Part shown: positions 1-10,880 of the stretch, piece by piece | Layout of the letters: each line of letters opens with the position of its first letter | Position numbering within the stretch: the first letter of the stretch is position 1 | NCBI GenBank assembly: GCA_963779615.1 | Contig: CAVZZA010000003.1 | Span: 608,001-672,000 of the forward strand | Source of the DNA: an uncultured Nitrososphaeraceae archaeon | Lineage (GTDB): Archaea; Thermoproteota; Nitrososphaeria; Nitrososphaerales; Nitrososphaeraceae | Direction: 5' to 3' | DNA: 64,000 nucleotides | Notes under the pieces: generated by a model | The model's database searches: none | The model's input: the letters and a program-made list of their open reading frames with translations, nothing else | What the model was told of the DNA's origin: nothing | Program-made: the position numbers and the translations under genes

Positions 1-364
1 CATTACGACTTTATTGTCCGGATTCATTTCATTTCTTGCCCCCACACCTCAATTTCCCCATCTCCTAACCTTTTCCTTTACTCTCAATTTCCAAAGGCAA
101 GCATATCATGTCTTGTTAATCTAATCAACAACAGGGTTTGCTCTGTCAAAGCTGTTGGCAAAAAGGGGGCTTAGATCCAAAAAGAGATCACCAAGGAGTC
201 ATGGCATCCAACCCAGAAGATCATCATTGTTGCTTAATGAAGAGCATGGCTGCAACCAGTTCACTTAACACATTCCTATTTTTTTAGCAACAGCCGTATC
301 ATTTTGTGACCATACCGCCCTAGTTTTAATTTACCTAAAGACATAAAACGTTCAAGTCCATGCA

Positions 365-568
365 CTAGGGCAGAAACAGGGACTTCAGGGCATTTATCGT
401 TTCGGGGTTTCTGTCAGTCAGCGTGTATTTGATACCCACAGGCTTGTTGTTGTCACTGATGTCAATAAATACTGAGCCTCCAAGGGAAATGGTGCTTACT
501 ATTTTCTGGTCCGTCAGTTTGACATACAGGATGTTATCCTCAGGGTCGTATTCAACTATTGAATCCAA
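365..568 (-). CDS. DUF2283-like small protein
   Basis: 67 aa with the typical YDPExNILYVKL...xDxxxxxKPVGI pattern of DUF2283. Confidence 0.7.
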   Translation of the reverse strand: MDSIVEYDPEDNILYVKLTDQKIVSTISLGGSVFIDISDNNKPVGIKYTLTDRNPETINALKSLFLP

Positions 569-771
569 GTCCGTGCCCCCTCTTGTCTGTTCTTGTTACT
601 GTTGCTGTTTTCATGGCGTTAATGCAATTATTAAACAGCATAAGCAGGTATTTAGGTTCTTTATCAACAACTTTTAGTCCATACGAAAGGGAGAACTAGT
701 AGGCATTTGCAGCATCTTTTAAGTTTTTTTTAAAAAAATTGGGGGAACTGCCACCCCCTATAATGGTTTGC

Positions 772-2268
772 TCAAGCTGCGGCAGCAGTATGCGTTGTTT
801 TTCTTTTTAGCACCAATGCAAATCCAAGGGACACTGCCGAAAGCAATCCAGCGGTAAGAAACACCATATCGTATGATTGTGCTGATGGATATGATCCCTG
901 GGTTCCAACATTCTGATGATCAGCCATGTACACTCCTGCCAGTGCCGGACCTATCGCCATGCCTACAAACAGCAACAGTGCACCAACTCCCACCGATATG
1001 CCGGTAAACTCTTTTGGTGAGGATGACACTATCATGTTCCAGATTGTGGTCATTGTGAGCGACAGGCCCGTGGCGATTATGGCCAAGTTTACAGAGACTG
1101 TGGACTCCGTTGCATGGAACATCAACAACCCAAATGTTCCAAACAGGCTAATGACTCCACCAATGATCGCAGGTTTTATGCTGCCTATTTTGTTTATGAT
1201 AAATGGGGTAATGCTTGCGAACACCAGGAAACTTATCATAAATGGCAGCTGGACATTTGCGGCATCCACTGAATTACCCCCAAATCCCAATGGAGTTGGA
1301 CTCCTGACGAGCTGGACTATTGTTGGATAGATCATGAACATCGCAATTCCGGTGGCAATCAGCAGGATGTAGGATGGCAGTAGGATCTTGTCTCGCAACA
1401 GTCTCAAGTCAACGAACGGAGGCACAGCCTTTCTTTCTATCGCAACAAACACAGTTAACGAAATTGCGGATATTGTGAATGCTCCGGCAATTTGCGATAT
1501 GTTTTCAGTGCTTGCGCCGATTTGAACAAGCGTAAGGGCAACGAGAAATGAGGTTATTGTGGCAGAAAGGGCAAGTATACCCTTGATGTCTATAGAAAAC
1601 GGCTCCCTCTTCTTGCCTGACACACCTCCCCGAGCCTTGGAATCACTGGATCGGTTTGGTACTTTGTGCTCCTTCACGAACCTTGCAATCAATAATGTTA
1701 CCAATATAGAGAAAGGCACTATGGCAAGGAAGGTTGCGTGCCAGCCAAAGGCTTGGATGATGCTGGCTCCAACCAACAGGCCGACCACTGAGCCAGCAGA
1801 ATACGCCGAGCCAAATACCCCCACAGCTATGGAAAGTTTGGAGGGTGGAAATGTGTCCCTAAGAAGGCTAAACGCAGCCGGGACCGCCGCCAGGCCAACA
1901 CCCTGAACAACCCTTGAAATGAGCAGGAAAGTTATGTTGTCTGCAAATCCGCCAGCAGTCAGCCCCGCTATGTATATCACAAGCAACGATAGTAACACTT
2001 TCTTTTTCCCAAACAGGTCAGAAAGCCTGCCGGCAATTGGGGTCATCACCGCAGCCACAATCAAGTAGGCACTGAATATCCATGCAGCCGTTCCGTAGGA
2101 TATGCTAAATTCGCCTATAATCTCAGGTAGCGCGGGCAAGAGCATGGTTTCTGAGAAAAAAACTGTCAATAGGGTACCGCTGAGTATTGCCAGAGTGAGC
2201 CACGCATGGCGACTGACAACCGCTGTTTCGCTGATCACATTGTTTCCTTCACGCCGATTTTTGTTCAT
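772..2268 (-). CDS. MFS transporter (DHA2-like drug:H+ antiporter)
   Basis: 498 aa, many hydrophobic helices, motif A GRLSDLFGKKK, motif B SRVVQGVG. Confidence 0.92.
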   Translation of the reverse strand: MNKNRREGNNVISETAVVSRHAWLTLAILSGTLLTVFFSETMLLPALPEIIGEFSISYGTAAWIFSAYLIVAAVMTPIAGRLSDLFGKKKVLLSLLVIYIAGLTAGGFADNITFLLISRVVQGVGLAAVPAAFSLLRDTFPPSKLSIAVGVFGSAYSAGSVVGLLVGASIIQAFGWHATFLAIVPFSILVTLLIARFVKEHKVPNRSSDSKARGGVSGKKREPFSIDIKGILALSATITSFLVALTLVQIGASTENISQIAGAFTISAISLTVFVAIERKAVPPFVDLRLLRDKILLPSYILLIATGIAMFMIYPTIVQLVRSPTPLGFGGNSVDAANVQLPFMISFLVFASITPFIINKIGSIKPAIIGGVISLFGTFGLLMFHATESTVSVNLAIIATGLSLTMTTIWNMIVSSSPKEFTGISVGVGALLLFVGMAIGPALAGVYMADHQNVGTQGSYPSAQSYDMVFLTAGLLSAVSLGFALVLKRKTTHTAAAA

Positions 2269-2591
2269 ATTTACTTACCTTATCTCATTTAGTATAATAA
2301 TGTTAGTATATAAGTTAGCAAGTGGCAATGTGGTAAGTGCGTAAATGAAAGTTAACTGTTCTCCATAAAGACATCGAGAAAGACAACAGCCACAGAAAGG
2401 TGTTCTGTTGACATCCTTGTTCGCAAAAACCCTTTGGAGTTTTTTATGAAGACACTGATTGCCGCAAAATTCTGTTGCGGGTGGTCAAATCCAGGTGTTG
2501 AAGGTTAATTGGATAATGACAGCATCGGTTAACAATAATAAAAACCAAAATGAAAAATAATCATCAATCCGGTTGCCAAAACATTCCCATA

Positions 2592-3050
2592 CTACATGTA
2601 TTTTTTAATGGATTTGGCAGTTATTCTGTCAATTTTGGCCGGATCGGGGTTGTCAAATACTTGGTCTCCGCAATACTTGACGGAAAACAACGCCATTTGC
2701 TCCAAAATCGGCTGTAACTCTTTGCCCTTTTGGGTAAGGTAATACTCTATCCTGACTGGAGTCTCGTTGTACACCTGACGCCTTATGATTCCGTCATTCT
2801 CCATTTCCTTCAGCCGTATTGACAGGGTTTTGGGGTTTATCTCCTCTATGGAATTCAAGAACTCGTTAAACCGCTTCTGCTTAACGTAAATCATATTGCG
2901 CAATATCAAAAGGGAAAACTTTTTGCCAATTATGTTAAAGGTGTTAAAAACTGGGCAGCATTTGCACAGCATCCCCTCTATCACATGTTGCTGCTGTTTG
3001 GAATTTTCCCTTTTTTCCTGATGCTGCTCATATGACTCGTGTTCCATCAA
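2592..3050 (-). CDS. HxlR-family winged-helix transcriptional regulator
   Basis: CPVxxTFNIIGKKFSLLILR...RFNEF...INPKTLSIRLKEME...PVRIEYYLTQKG; N-terminal CKCC. Confidence 0.9.
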   Translation of the reverse strand: MMEHESYEQHQEKRENSKQQQHVIEGMLCKCCPVFNTFNIIGKKFSLLILRNMIYVKQKRFNEFLNSIEEINPKTLSIRLKEMENDGIIRRQVYNETPVRIEYYLTQKGKELQPILEQMALFSVKYCGDQVFDNPDPAKIDRITAKSIKKYM

Positions 3051-3138
3051 CTTAACATCTCTCCATCTACTTACAGATTAATCACTTACCAATTTATATA
3101 CTTACCTTATTATATTTAATAACACAAAGTGATTTAAA

Positions 3139-3546
3139 ATGGTAGAAAACCAATGTGACTCAACCTGTGCGGCTCCCAATCGCATAGGGGAACCTGCAAC
3201 CCACAATCAGAGTTGCTCAAACACATGCGGATGTGGATGCCAAAAAACAACATCTGGTGATTGCGATGGCTGCTCTTCTTGTTGTGAAGCAGATCCGATT
3301 GAAAAAGCAAAACAGCTATTGGAAAGCTCATTCTTTGCGGCGCTGAAGGAGGTTCACGTCGAAAAAATTAAGAAAATAATTGAAAGGGATTGGGGAGACA
3401 CCATAGACAAGACAGCTGAACTGGCTGTCAAAACAATTGAAAAGCAATGGCAGGCATCTGTATCAGCATCAAATACAAAGAAAGAGTTCTATGATGAACT
3501 GGGGAGGATTATGGCATCTAAGGGTAACAATGGAAAGCAGGCATAG
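3139..3546 (+). CDS. hypothetical protein with Cys-rich N-terminus and helical C-terminus
   Basis: 135 aa ATG ORF divergent from HxlR, 10 Cys in the first ~50 aa, followed by a T-tract. Confidence 0.75.
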   Translation: MVENQCDSTCAAPNRIGEPATHNQSCSNTCGCGCQKTTSGDCDGCSSCCEADPIEKAKQLLESSFFAALKEVHVEKIKKIIERDWGDTIDKTAELAVKTIEKQWQASVSASNTKKEFYDELGRIMASKGNNGKQA

Positions 3547-3577
3547 AATATTATTTCAACCCCTTTTTTTATGCCGT

Positions 3578-4234
3578 TCACCTTGTTTCTGAAGGTTGTT
3601 TTTGTGTTTTCATGCATTCTTCCGTCTGCAGTATTATTATTATGGGTGTTGTCAGCAGGGAGGAACTTGGGGCACGTACAATGTTGCCATCTTTCATCAA
3701 AAGATCACAGTTTAGCAACCCTATGTCATGGACTTTACCGGTGTTCCCAAAGACAGTGATCATGTCCCCTATCTTGAATGGCCTGGTTAACGCTATGTAC
3801 ATTCCCGCCACCATGTTTCCCAGCAGGTTCTGTGAAGCAAAACCAATGACCAAAGCGGACATGGCGCCAATTGATGCCGCCACGGCGGCATTTTGACTAA
3901 GGTAGGACACCACAACAACAGCAACCACAATGGCTCCTGTGATCCTGGTAATGCTCCTTATGGATTTGGCGGTCCGATCAGAGTGTTGCGTGGCTAATGC
4001 TATCCTGAAGGCTGTTTTGGCCGTTATTTCAGCAACCAAATAACCCACAACACATACCTGAATGATTTGAGAATAAACCAGATATTGGGCGGGAACCAGC
4101 CAAGCACTGATACCCAGGGTCATTGCAAGCACCATTCCCAAAAAAAATATTTTACTAACAACCGATCGTTTGGTGAGTTTTATGGTTTGGTTGTTTTCGA
4201 CTTTGTCAGATTCAAGCATCTTGTTTCCTTCCAA
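3578..4234 (-). CDS. mscS: small-conductance mechanosensitive channel (MscS family)
   Basis: IGFASQNLLGNMVAG...RPFKIGDMI...GKVHDIGL signature; lacks the C-terminal alpha/beta domain. Confidence 0.85.
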   Translation of the reverse strand: MEGNKMLESDKVENNQTIKLTKRSVVSKIFFLGMVLAMTLGISAWLVPAQYLVYSQIIQVCVVGYLVAEITAKTAFRIALATQHSDRTAKSIRSITRITGAIVVAVVVVSYLSQNAAVAASIGAMSALVIGFASQNLLGNMVAGMYIALTRPFKIGDMITVFGNTGKVHDIGLLNCDLLMKDGNIVRAPSSSLLTTPIIIILQTEECMKTQKQPSETR

Positions 4235-4734
4235 GTTTATTGTTATTCATTTATACAGAGATAACTGTATACCCTAATTCCAGATACCGAAATGCATGTG
4301 CATACCACAGTGAAGATGACAATCTAGGCCCATTTTTGGACTGGTTTGGTTTGGTTTGATTTTAACCCAACCGGCAGAGATTTTGAAGCCAGTTTTTACT
4401 TTAGTTTGCATCCCTCCAACAACAAAAAAGCCCGCGAAAATGATTTTGCATTAGCATTTCACCCTGTTTTTAACATGTAAGGTTCTTTTGGCAGCCAGAC
4501 TGGAAACAGTTGCCTCTGTTTTTGAGCTAGTGTGTTTCAGCCAAACTTTCAAAGCCGGAACAGGTGATGCACACGTTTAGGAAGCATCAAAGGAAATTTA
4601 TACATGCTTTAATCACGGTCATGCTACTTATTTTCGCAAATATTTCCAACATAAAATATGCCAAGACCCGCTCAGTCCGTAGAACGGCATTTGGTAACAA
4701 TACCCCCGCGCGTTTTTGTGCCTATTTTGATAAA

Positions 4735-4803
4735 ATGGTTGACCATCAAACCCATAAAATTTGGATTGGAAATGGCATAAAAGTTGACTATATGGTTGAC
4801 CAT
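4735..4803. promoter_or_regulatory. duplicated inverted-repeat operator ATGGTTGACCAT
   Basis: identical 12-mers (ATGGT-N2-ACCAT) at 4735-4746 and 4792-4803 upstream of the ATG at 4846. Confidence 0.5.
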
Positions 4804-4845
4804 AAAAGCAACAGAATGAAAACAATACACACAGAAAGGCACCAT

Positions 4846-5355
4846 ATGGAAAAATCGCTTAAATATAACCCCATCAACCCAAAGACAGTGAACAGAAAAT
4901 TATTTCTTTTACCAGCATTAGCAGCAGCAATTGTGTTTTTTTCATTTGGAGCAGCAGGCAGCGGCAGCGGCAGTCTGCCAAAATCAGACATAGCATCAGT
5001 TTACGCGCAAGCAGACAGCAGCAACAACAATAGCACCAATAAACAGGCAACGAACCTGGATCAACTGGCATCAAACTTAACCCAGGCAAGGGAGGCAATA
5101 TCCGCAGGCAACTCCACTGAAGCGACTGCTCAACTGACAAGCGTCATAGGCGAACTTTCGGACACGATAGCAAGGATCACATCCGATCAGAACGGGCAAT
5201 ATCAGGACGAACATACTCACGTCTTTACCCATAAAGACCACACCCATACTGTCACTCACAAGCATCCACACAACAGCAATGACCACCATCAAGACTGGAC
5301 CGACCGCCACCACATATTCAATCCAAGCCACTGCCCACCGGGAAGAATGTGTTAG
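4846..5355 (+). CDS. secreted or membrane-anchored protein with His-rich C-terminus
   Basis: in the 4564 ORF frame; likely start ATG 4846; hydrophobic segment then VYAQ; C-terminal HTH/HxH repeats and CPPGRMC. Confidence 0.7.
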   Translation: MEKSLKYNPINPKTVNRKLFLLPALAAAIVFFSFGAAGSGSGSLPKSDIASVYAQADSSNNNSTNKQATNLDQLASNLTQAREAISAGNSTEATAQLTSVIGELSDTIARITSDQNGQYQDEHTHVFTHKDHTHTVTHKHPHNSNDHHQDWTDRHHIFNPSHCPPGRMC

Positions 5356-5923
5356 CATGGAAAGTAACTAAGCAAAAAAAAAACAACTCTTCTTTTTATT
5401 TAATAGTCCTTTTTTAGGATACCATTATAATAACATGATCCTAAACCAATGTTCAACTGTTAACCAGAGAAACAGTTGATAATTATTTGCTGAGACGGTT
5501 TCGCATTAGATTTAGTTACCGTAAAAATATTTGATTAGTGGCCTCGAGTTTTCATAACTATTGTAAATAATACGATATGAAGTTTAACTATAACAAAGAT
5601 TGAATGAAAAAGAAATAATCGCTAAATGTCTTCAATTTATAGCAATGTAAGTTATTGTATTGAGTTACCAATATCTTAATAAGGCGTGACGATAAGGATA
5701 TCATGATAAAACTTATCGATAAAAACCATAATTACAAAGGGCAACTTTACAAGGTATCAAAAACAACCCCCTTAAGGAAAATCACACATGATGTTGTTTG
5801 CATTGCGCCAACAAATGCAGCTATAACAAGCAGGAATTTAACCACACCTTTGTCAAGGGTAATTAATTCACATACACAAAATATAACGCATTAGGGAGAG
5901 GAGAGCAGAGGAGGTATTACGAT

Positions 5924-7471
5924 TTGAACATATCAAACACATCATCTATTAAAAACGATGACCAAACCCAAAGAGCACTAATTTTTCAGGGTGGTGGGGC
6001 CCTTGGAGCCTACGAGGCTGGCGTGTTTAGGGCTCTGTATGACAAGTTGTATGACAGATCCAAAAGAGAAGACAAACAGCTGTTTGACATAGTTGCAGGA
6101 ACGTCTGCAGGAGCAATAAACGCCACCCTATTGGTAAACTATGTTAAGCAAAACGGAACTTGGGAAGGCTCGCCGAATGCACTATACCGATTTTGGAATG
6201 ATGTCTCCACACCCACATGGCATCTAGAAAATCCATTCATACAATTTTGGCAAGATGCTGCTTCCTTTTTTAGAGAACAAGCCAATAACATGTGGAAACC
6301 ATTTTTCAGGGAATTTGACAAGAATACTGACAACATAAGGGAAAAATGGCCCCTAAGGCCTGGCTATTATTTATGGCCGGACAAGTATGGCAATTTGGCT
6401 ACTGGTGAATCCGCCAGAAGGTATTGGTCATGGTATCAATTTGCGTACCTGCCATGGGGAACCAAAAACGTGTTGGCCCCTGTAATGGTCCAGCCGGACC
6501 TCACATTCTACAATCCATTAAATTTTTTGCTTAAGTATGATAACACACCAATAACCCAAACAATAGGCAAACACTGGCGGGACGAAAATGGCAAAATAAA
6601 CCCGATAAAGACAGAGGAAGGGCAACCAAGACTAATTTTAGTTGCTGTGGATGTGCAGGATGCCACTACTGTTGCATTTGACAGTTACCCCAAAGACAAA
6701 GACAAAAAGGTACGGATGTCAACCTATGGTGATGATGACAAAGCAGAACACAAGATATACTATAACGAAGGCATAACAATGGAGCATTTACTTACTACAA
6801 TGTCCTCCCATGCAAGGCACAAGTTTCCAGAACTTGCGGTCACAACAATTGAAAAAACAACTGACAGTAAACAGGCAAAGGAAGAAGAACACAGTCGCCC
6901 CTTCATGGATGGGTTTTATCTTAGCAACACCCCAATGAGGGAGGTGTTGCAGGCACATAGGGACTATTGGATGGATGTTCAGGGGCTAGACGATGATGTT
7001 CCTCCTATTGAAATATTTATAGGCGATGTATACCCTACTACAGAAAAGGGAACTCCCGAAGATCCGGATTCTATCAACAACAGAGTGCAAAATGTGTTGT
7101 TTCACGACAAATCCAAATATGACGAAAAAGCTGCAGGCATGGTATCTGACTATATCCACATAATCAACGCTTTAATGAGGATGGCTAATGGTAAAGGTAT
7201 TTCCGATACTGAAATTTATGACAAATTAAATAATGAGTTAAAGGATAAAATAATAAGTAAAAACCGCAAAGGGGAAACTCGGAAAATTGAAAACCTAGTC
7301 AAAGGAAGAACAACAATTAAGCGAGTGCAAAGGTTTGAGTTGGGTGATGGCCAGCAGATAAACAAAAGCAATGACATTAATGGTAAAGCATTTGAGTTTT
7401 CGTCAAAGACAATAAACAATTTAATGGACCAAGGCTACAATGACACCTATTCTAAATGCAAGGTTGACTAA
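5924..7471 (+). CDS. patatin-like phospholipase/esterase
   Basis: QGGGALGAY oxyanion loop, GTSAG nucleophile, MDGFYLSN catalytic Asp. Confidence 0.9.
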   Translation: MNISNTSSIKNDDQTQRALIFQGGGALGAYEAGVFRALYDKLYDRSKREDKQLFDIVAGTSAGAINATLLVNYVKQNGTWEGSPNALYRFWNDVSTPTWHLENPFIQFWQDAASFFREQANNMWKPFFREFDKNTDNIREKWPLRPGYYLWPDKYGNLATGESARRYWSWYQFAYLPWGTKNVLAPVMVQPDLTFYNPLNFLLKYDNTPITQTIGKHWRDENGKINPIKTEEGQPRLILVAVDVQDATTVAFDSYPKDKDKKVRMSTYGDDDKAEHKIYYNEGITMEHLLTTMSSHARHKFPELAVTTIEKTTDSKQAKEEEHSRPFMDGFYLSNTPMREVLQAHRDYWMDVQGLDDDVPPIEIFIGDVYPTTEKGTPEDPDSINNRVQNVLFHDKSKYDEKAAGMVSDYIHIINALMRMANGKGISDTEIYDKLNNELKDKIISKNRKGETRKIENLVKGRTTIKRVQRFELGDGQQINKSNDINGKAFEFSSKTINNLMDQGYNDTYSKCKVD

Positions 7472-8582
7472 CCATGAGTGATAGGCATTCTGTTATTTTA
7501 AATAGGGGCTCAACAGACCCATTTCCACTGTGGCGTCACAAAGAACACTTTCATGTTAGGCCCACCCAATGCCATCCTTTAGGTAACACATTTGAGGGGT
7601 TACGGTTTTTTGTCCCATTTTCGAGGTTTTCATGCGGTTGATGCAAATTAGTTGATTTGTTCTTAGGATAAACAAATAAATCAAAAGCAGCAGGCGGGAA
7701 AAGCATGCTTTTTGCAATTTTGGAAATAAACTAGGAAACATACCTTCTGTAAATAGGACGCAAAAAAATAAAAAATCGGCAAGTTTGCAGACACACCACC
7801 AAACTATTTGTCGGTGTGTGTACGTTCAATGCCAACATTTCAAACAGAGCCTTTCATTGTATGAAAAGGAAGTAGAATTTCGTTTACTCAATTGTCACAA
7901 CATTCTAATCAACATGGACTGGAAGCATACAAAACCAAGAACCAAAACTAAAAGATATAGTTTTGGTTGTTGCATGCTGTACTGGAATTGTAGCATGTTG
8001 ATTTGTAATTCATAATAGGGTTAAACCAAACCAGCAAAGACAACTGAACAGCACTATTTTGTAATTTGATTTAACTATAACAGCCAAAGGTTTGCTCCAC
8101 CTGCAGGCGAAATGGTCACTTTGTCAGCAGCAGGCTGGCGTGAACAAGCCAAACAAAAAAATTTTTCGTTAAACAGTTGGCAAGTCACCAATGGCCCATC
8201 TTTTCAGGATGTTATCCACATTACAGAAACAAAGATCATGTAGTAGCCACAAGCAAAATGGAAATCAATGCAGTGTGTTTCGAGTCCAGGCCGACAAAAG
8301 GGGGATGTAGAAAACCTAACCGATTGATTCCGATAATTCAGATTGATACCATCAGACACAGCATCAAAAGTTGTTGTCTTTATCTATTCGGACTAAATCC
8401 ATAATTTGCCATGTCCATAAAACACAGATTTAACCAATCGTTATTTCGTTAACAGCATGAATCAATGCATTTTCTTGTTTCACCAAATCATTCAATGCTC
8501 AGCTGTCTTATTCTGTGCAGGATAGGAGACATTTTATCTTTATTGGTAATATTTAAACATATTACACAATAGCGCATGATCC

Positions 8583-9076
8583 ATGAAAAAGACTGTCTTA
8601 ACCTTAACCTTAATAGCATTCTTTTGAATATTTGCAATACCGGTGTACCAAATAGAACATGTATCCGGGCAGACAGAGGAACAGGCTATCCTTATGTGGT
8701 TCAGAATACAACAAATTCCATGCAGGATCCGTTGCCAGGACATGAATCGCATCAAGTTGTAGTTGCAGCTCCACCCAGGGATGAAGGAAGGATTTATTCA
8801 GGCATAGCTTCCTTTACGGCAAGTCAACCCATCGAGGTAGTTTTACTGCACGAGTACAAGCCAGTATTCAATTCAACTTTTACAGAGGAGCCATTGGATG
8901 CATCGTTTGATAATGGTAATTTTGCAGCATCCCCAATAAAACAATTTACAGACACCCCATTTAATGCAGGATCATTTGTTTTTTCTGGTAACGCCTTGGC
9001 TTTCCACAATTTGGAAGGCAAGCCATTTGTTGTAACATATACCATAAGCGGAGAAATTGCGCCATTAACTCAGTAA
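8583..9076 (+). pseudogene. secreted hypothetical protein, N-terminus disrupted
   Basis: ATG 8583 gives the signal-peptide-like MKKTVLTLTLIAFF*IFAIPVYQ with TGA at 8625; the body (DPLPGHESHQVVVAAPPR...) lies in another frame. Confidence 0.55.
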
Positions 9077-9608
9077 CAGGTCATGACCTCAACTTTTTAT
9101 CAACCATACAAGGGGACGCTATCCTTTGTCCGATATATTTATCATATCTTCACATCTTGTTTGATAATTGTTACTATAAATAATATTTTACAATGCTGGA
9201 GTTGGCTTTCACTTTTTTTCTTATTGCTAGAATATTACTGATAATAGCTTGCATAGCCATCAAACCTTCGGATTTGCAAATGATTATTTACTCGAAAACC
9301 AAAGTCATGGAAACATTTGTGTCATGTATGGAGAATCAACATAAATCCGCATGTTGTTTTCCGGCATGTCTAATGTAATCCTCCAGAAAGAAAATCATAT
9401 TTAACAGGAAAAATTGACAGATATCTTTTAAGGATCAGGTTTGATATTGCATTTTCGGTGTTCATTAGTTATACCCCAAAAATGTCTTTGAAAAAACTTG
9501 CCAAATAAAACACGGAGTACCTTATATTTTAAAAAATGCCTTTCGCATGCCAATCTGCTTAAAAAAATGAAAGATAGGGACTCATGCTGCTTGGCAGAGG
9601 ATTTTTCC

Positions 9609-10142
9609 CTATTTTGTCTGCTGCTTGCCCATAACCTGGGACCTAATGGAGGCCAGAGACTGGTCAATCTGATACACTGCCAACTTGTCTCTGCCAAGCA
9701 GGTCAAACTTTTGGAGAATTGTCTGAAACAGTGTTTCCTCCTCTATTTGCTCGGTTATAAACCACTGCAGGAATGAGTATGTGGACCGGTCCTTTTCCCT
9801 TTCAGTCAAGTCGGCCAGATCATAAATTTCCTTGGTTACAGTCTGCTCGCTCTTTAGGCCAAACTGGAAGGCGGATTCCAGGGATTCGAAATTGCCAGGG
9901 GGTTTTTCAATTGGGGGGATTACCGCCTCTGCTCCAGCGCCATTAAGGTAATGCAGGAACTTTAGCATATGCCCATTTTCCTCTGCAGCCTGTTCAAAGA
10001 AGAAGGAGGCGCTTCCGTCATATCCGGTTCTCTCACACCACGATCCGATTGCAATGTATGCATTCGCAGATGATGCCTCAAAAGAAATTTGATCGTTAAT
10101 TGCTTTTGTCATTTCCGTTGAAATTCGCATTGTATCACTCAT
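9609..10142 (-). CDS. ftnA: non-heme ferritin
   Basis: AINDQISFE..Y, EENGH, SEQxVT, FLQWFITEQIEEE ferroxidase motifs. Confidence 0.92.
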   Translation of the reverse strand: MSDTMRISTEMTKAINDQISFEASSANAYIAIGSWCERTGYDGSASFFFEQAAEENGHMLKFLHYLNGAGAEAVIPPIEKPPGNFESLESAFQFGLKSEQTVTKEIYDLADLTEREKDRSTYSFLQWFITEQIEEETLFQTILQKFDLLGRDKLAVYQIDQSLASIRSQVMGKQQTK

Positions 10143-10551
10143 GTTTTTTTAGTATCTATATCTTTTGCTTTCTGGGGCAATTGACCACACATATCTGTCT
10201 GTGCATTTAACAAGCCCAAACTCTACAGAATGAAAAACCAAAAAAATTTATAAAAAAACAATGTCACCCTCCATTTTCAAAAGAAATTACCGGACAACAC
10301 ACACATTTATCCGATTTCAATATCACAAGGATGTTTTTAAAGCGGATAATCAACAAACGTACATAAAAAAACCTTTGCTGATGCTTTTCAACATCCACAG
10401 CAGTTTTCACGAACAAAGAAATAATATCACAATCACGTTATAATCTAATAGTTAAGAACATGTAAAAAATTTATCCGTATGTATTCACATCTTGCATGAT
10501 TCAATCAAGTCACCCATTAAAACATTTTATTGTGAAATTACCCGCACTGTT

Positions 10552-10684
10552 CATTGGCAAAATCAGAAAAGGGTTGGTCAAGTTAAGTTTGGAAAGTCAA
10601 TTGTTAACAAATAACAGAATTTAAAAAGAAAAATAGAATCAAACAGTTAGCAAATTTGAGCGCAAAGTAAACCCATGATAAGAA
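10552..10684. repeat. dispersed intergenic repeat, copy 1 (empty MITE site)
   Basis: GTCAAGTTAAGTTTGGAAAGTCAA...TTTAAAAAGAAAAATAGAATCAAACAG matches 15458-15742. Confidence 0.75.
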
Positions 10685-10880
10685 CAGACGCTGTGCCTAA
10701 AGTGCGCTTTTTCTAAAGGTTTCTGTGAGCCTTTGTAATGCAGGAGATTTATCATATGGATCCAGGTGAAATATACAAAATGCAGAAAGTTTCAGTGTTC
10801 CTTTCGGCATATAGCAAAGCCTCCTCAAATTGCGCCTCTGTTTCTAAAACAAATCCTAGTTCGGGGGTCGCAACAAAATA

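Noticed and set aside
365-568. DUF2283 as part of a toxin-antitoxin pair
   Set aside because: No partner ORF is visible on either side within the window.
4564-4845. N-terminal extension of the His-rich ORF given in the ORF track
   Set aside because: It is not protein-like and overlaps the putative operator/promoter; ATG 4846 places the hydrophobic signal near the N-terminus.
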